From: Clostridiaceae bacterium
Lineage (GTDB): Bacteria > Bacillota > Clostridia > UBA1212 > DUPL01
Assembly (NCBI GenBank): GCA_012522035.1
Contig: JAAYLF010000356.1
Span: forward strand, 1 to 33,687
Reading direction: 5' to 3'
DNA length: 33,687 bases
The notes beneath the pieces were generated by a model that had not been told where the DNA came from, searched no databases, and saw only the letters and a list, made by a program, of their open reading frames with translations. Shown piece after piece: positions 27,647 to 33,687 of the stretch (position 1 is the first letter of the stretch; the number at the start of each line of letters is the position of its first letter). The translations under genes were made by a program, and so were the position numbers.

Positions 27647-27682
27647 AAAAAGGCTAATGGCATATAAAGCCATAGCCTTTTT
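27647..27682. terminator. Bidirectional rho-independent terminator (cupin gene / dpnB-like gene)
   Basis: aaaaaggcta(a)tggc-atataaa-gccatagccttttt forms a stem with one bulged A. A- and T-runs flank it on both sides. Confidence 0.7.
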
Positions 27683-28545
27683 CAATTTCCAGTCAAAAGT
27701 GATGTCAATAATCCTTTTTCCAAATCATTAATGTTATACACCGTTTCCATTACATTAAAAGTTTCTCTCAAATTATCTTTTGCAGAAGTCCATCCAATCC
27801 CATCGGTAATCCAGACCAGCGTAAAACCGTCTATTCTTTGCGCTTCCTGATATAGCATTTTGTAACTTCTTGCAGTCTCATTAAGCTTGGAACCGTGACC
27901 TGTATAAAAATTAGTTTCAATACCAAAAATCATTTTGTCTGTTTTTACAACAAAATCAAACTTTTTTTCAGCCCTCTTCTCATCTCCAAACACAGACAAA
28001 TCAAGCCCAAACCTTTGTTTAATTTCTGTCAGCTTCATTTCCTTGAAATAGTTAATGTTCTTAACAAAGCCTGCTGCAATTATGTACTTCTCAACCAAAT
28101 CCTCCATGGAATCTCCGCCCCTGTTTTTTCTACCGTGTGAATCAAGCCCCGTTTCCACACCGAAAGCATAATCCACCAAATTGCTGACTATGTGATTCTG
28201 GAGCATTTCAAATAGTCCCGTTTCCCGCATGAAATGTTTGTACTGCTCTATGCTGTAATTCATCCTGCTAAAATTGTAAACCAGGACACCTTGCAAATCA
28301 TTTATGTATATCTTGCTTTTTCTAACCGCCATTAAAAGCGGTATGCATTTCAGGGTCTCAGGATACCTGGTCACAATATCTTCAAAATCCTTCTCTATAT
28401 TCTTTGATCCAACCAGAGCATTAAGTATATTCAACTCAATTTTGTACTGCTCCACATTCTTCACAACCTTCTCAAAATCTGTGTAGTACTTGTAGCTTGC
28501 AATACTTTTCTTCATTGATGCAAACCACTCATCAAAGCTCCTCAT
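27682..28545 (-). CDS. dpnB: Type II restriction endonuclease, DpnII/MboI family (predicted to cut unmethylated GATC)
   Basis: The sequence is collinear with my recollection of R.DpnII: FDEW...YYTDF.KV.KNV......LN.LN.L.GSKNIE.DF...YPE.LK..PLL.A.R..., HIVSNLVDYAFGVETGLDSHGRKNRGGD, NFYTGHGSKLNETARSYKM, WITDG.GW...KNNLRETF...YNINDLE. Size is 287 aa. Confidence 0.9.
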   Translation of the reverse strand: MRSFDEWFASMKKSIASYKYYTDFEKVVKNVEQYKIELNILNALVGSKNIEKDFEDIVTRYPETLKCIPLLMAVRKSKIYINDLQGVLVYNFSRMNYSIEQYKHFMRETGLFEMLQNHIVSNLVDYAFGVETGLDSHGRKNRGGDSMEDLVEKYIIAAGFVKNINYFKEMKLTEIKQRFGLDLSVFGDEKRAEKKFDFVVKTDKMIFGIETNFYTGHGSKLNETARSYKMLYQEAQRIDGFTLVWITDGIGWTSAKDNLRETFNVMETVYNINDLEKGLLTSLLTGN

Positions 28546-29338
28546 TTTTCACCTTCTCCAATCTTCTTTTGGTTATCTCCATATACTCCTCACAATTGTC
28601 AATACCAACAAATTTTCGCCCAAGTCTGATAGTTTCCACTCCAGTAGTTCCCGAACCACAGAATGGATCAAGAACCAAGTCTCCATCCTGGGTTGAAGCA
28701 AGAACTATTCTTTCCAAAAGATATCTTGGTTTTTGTGTTGGATGTCTACCTTCGGTCTTTTCCGATGGCTTTGTAAGACTGCCCGTCCATACATCTTTCA
28801 TTTGCTTCCCATTGTTTAATTCTTTCATCTTTTCGTAGTTGAAATAATGCTTTGCCTTTTCATCCTTTTTTGCCCACAAGATGGTTTCTGTAGAATGTGT
28901 AAAACACTTGCATGCAAGATTTGGAGGTGGATTTGTTTTCTGCCATGTAATATTATTCAATATCTTGTACCCTTCCTGCTCCAAAGCCATGCCTATGGAA
29001 TATATGTTGTGCAAAGTGCCTGAAATCCATATGGTACCATTAGGTTTCAGAACTCTTCTGCACAAGCTTATCCACCTACGGTTAAATTCATGTTTTTCCT
29101 CTATAGTTGTAGCATTTTCGTTAAGCTTGTCCCATGATCCCTTATTAACAGACACCATTTTGCCTCCTTGGCATGTAATGCCGTTGTTGCTTAAAAAATA
29201 TGGTGGATCTGCAAAAATCATATCAAAACATTCTGATTTCATTTCTCTCAGTATTTCAAAAGAATCTCCCAATACAAGAATTGAATCCTCTGTTTCGTAA
29301 TAACTTGGTATGTTGTTTTCAAATACACTTTTCCTCAT
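28532..29338 (-). CDS. dpnA: Beta-class N6-adenine DNA methyltransferase, DpnA (M2.DpnII)-like
   Basis: Motif IV IFADPPYFLSNNG is N-terminal and motif I VLDPFCGSGTTGVE is C-terminal. ATG 29338 is preceded by GGGAGA embedded in the end of dpnM, giving a 268-aa product. The ATG at 29350 has no SD. Confidence 0.85.
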   Translation of the reverse strand: MRKSVFENNIPSYYETEDSILVLGDSFEILREMKSECFDMIFADPPYFLSNNGITCQGGKMVSVNKGSWDKLNENATTIEEKHEFNRRWISLCRRVLKPNGTIWISGTLHNIYSIGMALEQEGYKILNNITWQKTNPPPNLACKCFTHSTETILWAKKDEKAKHYFNYEKMKELNNGKQMKDVWTGSLTKPSEKTEGRHPTQKPRYLLERIVLASTQDGDLVLDPFCGSGTTGVETIRLGRKFVGIDNCEEYMEITKRRLEKVKNEEL

Positions 29339-29339
29339 T

Positions 29340-30182
29340 TTATCTCCCATGGTAATTGCAAATAATTATTTCCTCTCCTACACGATTGTTCGCATCTGAA
29401 TTTATCATGCGCTTAACACTTACTACATCTATCCTGTACCCCTTATTGCCATATAACTCGTTAATGAACTCAGTGTTGTGGTTTGTCAGCATGCAGAAAC
29501 ATCCTCTTTCTGTAAGTTCATCAAAAAGTCTCGCAAGTCTAATATGGCTTTCAACATCAAAACCTTCTTTTGTATAGGATTCAAAGGAGGTAGGATTAAG
29601 AGGGGCGTACGGACTGTCAAGAAACACAAAATCCCCTTCCTTAGCCAAGTGGCAAGCATCTTCAAAATCCCCTTCAAGGATTGTTACATTCTTAAGGTAT
29701 TTCGATACTTCAAGAATTGATTCAGCATCTACAGATCTCCTTCTTGAGTTGTTATACGGTACATTGAACAACCCTTGTGCGTTCACTCTGTATAGCCCGT
29801 TATAGCAGTGCTTGTTTATAAACACTAACATTGCGGCAAGTTCTACATCATACTCCTGCCTCATTAGCTTGTCGTTGTATTTTTCGCGTATGTGATAGTA
29901 GTATTTTTTTCCATCATCCCACATCTCATCATCAAGCTTGTTAACTACTTCTAAAAATTCTTCAGGCGATGTGGATATCTGTCTGTAGGCATTTATCAAT
30001 GCCTTATTTATGTCGTTTATAACTGCATTATGAGGAAGCAAATCAAATAAAACCGCACCACCTCCTACAAAGGGCTCATAATATGTATTAAACTTTTCAG
30101 GCATTCTCTCTCTTATATGTGTTAGAAGCTGGCGTTTTCCACCAGCCCATTTGACAAAAGGAGCTATTTTAGACTTCTGCAT
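29340..30182 (-). CDS. dpnM: Dam-family (alpha-class) N6-adenine DNA methyltransferase, DpnM (M1.DpnII)-like, with an atypical DSPY motif IV
   Basis: APFVKWAGGKRQLL, YYEPFVGGGAVLF (motif I), and VFLDSPYAPLNPTSF where Dam proteins have DPPYAPLS. The start chosen at ATG 30182 (MQKSKIAPFVKWAGGKR) matches the Dam N-terminus. Confidence 0.88.
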   Translation of the reverse strand: MQKSKIAPFVKWAGGKRQLLTHIRERMPEKFNTYYEPFVGGGAVLFDLLPHNAVINDINKALINAYRQISTSPEEFLEVVNKLDDEMWDDGKKYYYHIREKYNDKLMRQEYDVELAAMLVFINKHCYNGLYRVNAQGLFNVPYNNSRRRSVDAESILEVSKYLKNVTILEGDFEDACHLAKEGDFVFLDSPYAPLNPTSFESYTKEGFDVESHIRLARLFDELTERGCFCMLTNHNTEFINELYGNKGYRIDVVSVKRMINSDANNRVGEEIIICNYHGR

Positions 30183-30224
30183 TAATATTTCCCCATCTCT
30201 ACTATAACTTATTGTACATCCCCT

Positions 30225-30253
30225 ATTATAACTACAATTTTGCAAAATAACAA
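30225..30253 (-). promoter_or_regulatory. Predicted promoter of the dpnM-dpnA-dpnB operon
   Basis: The minus strand reads TTGTTA (30253-30248), a 17-nt spacer, then TATAAT (30230-30225). It lies in the 78-nt gap below the stop of the fourth methyltransferase gene. Confidence 0.5.
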
Positions 30254-30260
30254 ACTTGTA

Positions 30261-31004
30261 TTACTTAACAAACACAAATATATATTCGTGTGCTATCATT
30301 AAGAAGTTCTTCTTTACATTCTTCCAATATGCAGTAGACGTGCAATTATGCTGCTCCTTGATAATAATTTCCTTCAATGTGAATCCCGCCTGTATAAAAC
30401 ACTCCATAACACGAAAACCCAAAGGAACTACCTTTCCCTGCCTTCTTGTGTCGCCCATCATTACCGTGCACATTTTTCCCCGTTTCAACACTCTGAAAGA
30501 TTCCCTTGCCACCACTTTCATTTTTTCAACAAACTCATTAACGTCCAACAGTGATATATCTTCTGCTATACCATTTGAATACTTGATTATGTTTGCATAC
30601 GGTGGATGTGTACATACAAAGTCCATTCTGCCATCTTCGATAAATTCAAGATTCATTGCACTGCCATTTACAACATGAATTATGGATTTCGTACTGCATG
30701 TAAAGTTGAGATTACTTTTCGTCAATTGAACAGATTGCGGATTTATATCAACACCTATTGCATTTCGTCCCAATAATTTTGCTTCGACCAACGTAGTACC
30801 GCTGCCAACAAACTGGTCCAGAATCCAATCACCGGGCTTAGTGTACAAAAGTATTAGATTCCTTGGTATGTATGGTGACCAGTTACCCCTGTATTGACCT
30901 GTATGAGTCGCCCAACTACCTCGGTCGGTGAAAGACCATACTGTAGTTGTTTCAAGCATGAAATTTTCAGGACTTAAACGAATAAAGCATACCTCCTTTG
31001 TCAT
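30261..31004 (-). CDS. SAM-dependent DNA (N6-A or N4-C) methyltransferase with motif I preceding motif IV; specificity unknown
   Basis: WSFTDRGSWATHTGQYRGNWSPYIPRNLILLYTKPGDWILDQFVGSGTTLVEAKLLGRNAIGVDINP contains motif I. It is followed by DFVCTHPPYANII (motif IV-like). No SD is recognisable at ATG 31004. Confidence 0.7.
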   Translation of the reverse strand: MTKEVCFIRLSPENFMLETTTVWSFTDRGSWATHTGQYRGNWSPYIPRNLILLYTKPGDWILDQFVGSGTTLVEAKLLGRNAIGVDINPQSVQLTKSNLNFTCSTKSIIHVVNGSAMNLEFIEDGRMDFVCTHPPYANIIKYSNGIAEDISLLDVNEFVEKMKVVARESFRVLKRGKMCTVMMGDTRRQGKVVPLGFRVMECFIQAGFTLKEIIIKEQHNCTSTAYWKNVKKNFLMIAHEYIFVFVK

Positions 31005-31093
31005 GTTTCATTTATTCTAATACATATTCAGAAAAAAATCCACTTGGTAATATGAAGTTACAGTTTTTTTAATATTTACTTTACAAAAAACTA

Positions 31094-31122
31094 TTGCATT
31101 CGATGAGCTTTTATGGTATTAT
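31094..31122 (+). promoter_or_regulatory. Predicted promoter of tRNA-Gln
   Basis: TTGCAT (31094-31099), a 17-nt spacer, then TATTAT (31117-31122), about 33 nt upstream of the mature tRNA 5' end. Confidence 0.5.
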
Positions 31123-31155
31123 TGACAATGTTGAAGTGCTAATTGGCTCACTCGA

Positions 31156-31229
31156 TGCGGAATGGTGTAACGGTAGCACGAATGACTCTGACTCATTTTG
31201 TCTGGGTTCGAATCCTAGTTCCGCAGCCA
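31156..31229 (+). tRNA. tRNA-Gln (anticodon CUG), CCA encoded
   Basis: Hand-folded cloverleaf: acceptor TGCGGAA/TTCCGCA (U1:A72), discriminator G73, CCA; D stem GTGT/GCAC; anticodon stem AATGA/TCATT with loop CT-CTG-AC; T stem CTGGG/CCTAG with loop TTCGAAT. Length is 74 nt. Confidence 0.9.
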
Positions 31230-31232
31230 AAC

Positions 31233-31267
31233 AGGAGTTCAGACCTTTGTCTGGACTCCTTCTTGTT
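31233..31267 (+). terminator. Rho-independent terminator after tRNA-Gln
   Basis: A 12-bp stem aggagttcagac / gtctggactcct (one G-U pair) with loop cttt, followed by TCTTGTT. Confidence 0.6.
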
Positions 31268-31364
31268 AACTTTTCCACTTTAACACAATTTAATGTTTAC
31301 AACTGAGTATTTAGTGGTATAATAATTGAACAAGATTTGATCGATAATTTTTTTGGAGGTATAT

Positions 31365-33059
31365 ATGAACGAAATTAGTAGAAACTTACGAGTTATACCG
31401 TTGGGTGGACTAGAGGAGATCGGAAAAAACCTGACAGTATTTGAAACAGAAACAGACATTATTGTAGTGGACTGCGGTATAGCTTTCCCAGATGACGATA
31501 TGTTGGGCGTAGATTCGGTAATCCCGGACATAACATATTTGATAAAGAAGAAGAACAAGATAAGAGGTATCTTCATAACACACGGACACGAAGATCACAT
31601 TGGAGGACTGCCCTACTTTCTAAAAGAAATAAATGTACCAATTTACGGAACAAAGCTGTCACTCGCCCTTATCGAAAGAAAGCTCGAAGAATTCAAGTTA
31701 AATGATTCAGTCGATTTGCACGTAGTTCAACCAGGTTCCACAATCAAACTGGGCTTGACATTCACAGTAGAATTCATACACACAAATCACAGTATCGCAG
31801 ACAGCTGCGCTCTGGCAATCACAACACCCGCGGGCATAGTTATTCACACAGGCGACTTCAAAGTCGACTACACTCCAATTGATGGACATCCCATAGACTT
31901 GAGAAGATTTTCAGAATACGGAGAAAAAGGCGTACTCTTGTTAATGGCAGACAGCACTAACGCTGAAAGAAAAGGATTTACAATGTCCGAAAAAACTGTT
32001 GGTGCGGCATTTGATGAGATTTTTTCAACTACCGAAGGCAGAATCATTGTCACAACCTTCTCATCAAACATCCACCGTGTACAGCAGATAATTAACGCAT
32101 CGAAGAAGTTTGGAAGAAAATGCGTGATTTGCGGCCGCAGCATGGTGAACGTTGTTGACGTTACAAGGCAAATCGGCTATATGGACAACATTGATGATGT
32201 GCTTATTGACATTGAGGAAATTGGCAACTACAGCCCTGAAGAACTCTGCATCATAACTACGGGAAGCCAAGGAGAACCCATGAGTGCACTTGCACGTATG
32301 GCTATTGCAACCCACAGACAAATTGACATAGTTCCTGGAGATACTGTCATTATTTCAGCAAACCCAATTCCAGGCAACGAAAAACCCATTGCCAAAATGA
32401 TAGACGAGCTCTTCAAACGTGGTGCGAATGTAATATACAAATCTCTGGCGGAAGTACACGTATCCGGACATGCCTGCGAAGAAGAGTTGAAACTTATACA
32501 GGCACTGGTAAAACCCAAGTATTTCGTCCCTGTGCATGGTGAGTACAAACACCTTATAAACCACAAGAAAATTGCAATAGGAATGGGAATTCCTGAAGAA
32601 AACATATTCATACTGGAGAATGGAAGAGTTCTTGAGTTTGAAAATGGTGTGGTTGTTAATACTGAAGAAACCGTACCTGCAGGCAACATTCTCGTTGACG
32701 GTCTTGGCGTTGGAGATGTAGGTAATATTGTATTGAGAGACAGACGTCACCTCTCTGCTGACGGTTTGATAATCGTTGTAATGACCATAGAAGCAAATAC
32801 AGGTAAACTCCTTTCAGGTCCGGACATCATCTCAAGAGGCTTTGTATACATGAGAGAGTCTGAAGACATGATTGCAAAAATAAGGGAAGTAACAAAAGAA
32901 GCCCTTGCCAGATCAGATGACTCAAGAAAGCGTGACTGGACTCTCAAGAAGACAAACATTAGGGATGCTATTCATGAGTATGTATACGAACAGACAAGAC
33001 GCAACCCAATGATTCTTCCCATAATCATGGAAGTTGACCTGGCAAAACTGGATTATTAA
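31365..33059 (+). CDS. rnj: Ribonuclease J (metallo-beta-lactamase / beta-CASP)
   Basis: LRVIPLGGLEEIGKNLTVFE, ITHGHEDHIGGLPYFL (HxHxDH), beta-CASP motifs, HVSGHA and PVHGEY. SD GGAGG lies 5 nt upstream of ATG 31365. Confidence 0.9.
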   Translation: MNEISRNLRVIPLGGLEEIGKNLTVFETETDIIVVDCGIAFPDDDMLGVDSVIPDITYLIKKKNKIRGIFITHGHEDHIGGLPYFLKEINVPIYGTKLSLALIERKLEEFKLNDSVDLHVVQPGSTIKLGLTFTVEFIHTNHSIADSCALAITTPAGIVIHTGDFKVDYTPIDGHPIDLRRFSEYGEKGVLLLMADSTNAERKGFTMSEKTVGAAFDEIFSTTEGRIIVTTFSSNIHRVQQIINASKKFGRKCVICGRSMVNVVDVTRQIGYMDNIDDVLIDIEEIGNYSPEELCIITTGSQGEPMSALARMAIATHRQIDIVPGDTVIISANPIPGNEKPIAKMIDELFKRGANVIYKSLAEVHVSGHACEEELKLIQALVKPKYFVPVHGEYKHLINHKKIAIGMGIPEENIFILENGRVLEFENGVVVNTEETVPAGNILVDGLGVGDVGNIVLRDRRHLSADGLIIVVMTIEANTGKLLSGPDIISRGFVYMRESEDMIAKIREVTKEALARSDDSRKRDWTLKKTNIRDAIHEYVYEQTRRNPMILPIIMEVDLAKLDY

Positions 33060-33127
33060 AACTAAAGAACAAGAGACCATGGTACCGGATTGTGAAAACA
33101 GTCCGGTCTTTAAATTTGAGGTGTTTT

Positions 33128-33687
33128 ATGGAAACAAAAGCTAAAAGATTAAACATACTTGCAATATATTTAACCCTTGTACTTATACTTTCTTCCTGCT
33201 CGCTGTTTAAGAAAGACATATCCCCTACCCCCACAATTCCACCCACACAAAGTCTGGAAACACCGGAGACAACATCCTCAGCTACTCCAACACCCACACC
33301 CACTCCCTACTATACTCCAGACATTCCGACCCCTACGGTTTTTCCGACCTTTGTTCCAGAGGACCAGCTGGTTGTCAATCCTTTCAGGATATACAACTCT
33401 CAAACCTTCGAGTTTGATGTTCTTAATCTTGCCCACAGGTATTCAGATATTCTGGAAGTCGAGGTATTTGGAAAGTCCTACATGGGAAAAAAACTCTATG
33501 TAGTAAAGCTTGGAAAAGGAAGCACGAAGGTGTTGGTTACCGGAACAACACATGCAAGGGAAAACATCACCACCAACTATATCATGCGTACCATTGAGGA
33601 GTATGCAATCAGCTATCTCAACAAGGAAACTTACGATGGCTACAACGTCTATGAAATACTCAACAAGGTAACCATATACTATGTACC
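33128..33687 (+). CDS. Zinc carboxypeptidase (M14 family) lipoprotein, 3' end outside the window
   Basis: This open frame is absent from the ORF track because it has no stop in the window. It begins METKAKRLNILAIYLTLVLILSSC (lipobox), continues with a Pro/Thr linker (TPTPTPTPYYTPDIPTP), then FGKSYMGKKLYVVKLGKGSTKVLVTGTTHARENITT (HxxE zinc motif). SD GAGGTG is upstream. Confidence 0.75.
   Translation, partial: METKAKRLNILAIYLTLVLILSSCSLFKKDISPTPTIPPTQSLETPETTSSATPTPTPTPYYTPDIPTPTVFPTFVPEDQLVVNPFRIYNSQTFEFDVLNLAHRYSDILEVEVFGKSYMGKKLYVVKLGKGSTKVLVTGTTHARENITTNYIMRTIEEYAISYLNKETYDGYNVYEILNKVTIYYV

Noticed and set aside
22748-31155. Prophage or ICE spanning the recombinase to tRNA-Gln
   Set aside because: No capsid, tail, terminase, replication or conjugation genes are present. 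The interval contains tmcAL, normally a single-copy core gene. It is kept only as a low-probability hypothesis to test by comparative genomics.
31094-31306. 70-aa ORF on the plus strand
   Set aside because: It is fully explained by the tRNA-Gln gene with its promoter and terminator, and has no SD.
33025-33503. ORFs 33025..33303 (-) and 33177..33503 (+)
   Set aside because: They are out-of-frame or antisense shadows of the open-ended M14 peptidase lipoprotein frame starting at 33128. That frame has an SD, a lipobox and the HxxE zinc motif.
1-33687. CRISPR arrays, rRNA genes, IS elements or long tandem/dispersed nucleotide repeats
   Set aside because: Reading both strands, I saw no regularly spaced direct repeats, no rRNA-like conserved blocks and no transposase-like ORFs. 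The only repeats are the divergent protein-level repeats inside the TerB gene.

Overview
A 33.7 kb chromosomal segment of a low-GC Firmicute, class Clostridia. Gene content, Pro/Thr-linker lipoproteins and a DpnII/MboI-type GATC system resemble Acetivibrio/Clostridium thermocellus-like organisms; this is inference and cannot be verified without a search. The housekeeping backbone is gdhA (frame-broken), dprA-topA-trmFO, nrdR, a MutS paralogue, an ApgM-family mutase, tmcAL, tRNA-Gln(CUG), RNase J and several lipoprotein cell-wall enzymes. Two accessory modules interrupt it. (1) At 1.5-11.9 kb, a tightly coupled minus-strand string runs GH78 rhamnosidase, Amidase_3 lipoprotein, a 1209-aa TerB-N(x3)/TerB-C protein, a DUF2791/BrxD-like ATPase and an Lhr/BrxHI-like DEAH helicase. 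The last three genes form the TerB-ATPase-helicase triad now called Shango, whose mechanism is unknown. Here it has an unusual triplicated TerB-N architecture and a translationally coupled amidase. (2) At 27.7-31.0 kb lies a complete DpnII-type cassette (dpnM-dpnA-dpnB homologues) plus a fourth DNA methyltransferase with permuted motifs, next to tRNA-Gln. Other points of note are a lone large serine recombinase, an ATPase-less ComM/YifB remnant beside dprA, a half-size DapF-like ORF, and a small terminator-bounded unit upstream of nrdR. No CRISPR array, rRNA or IS transposase was seen.
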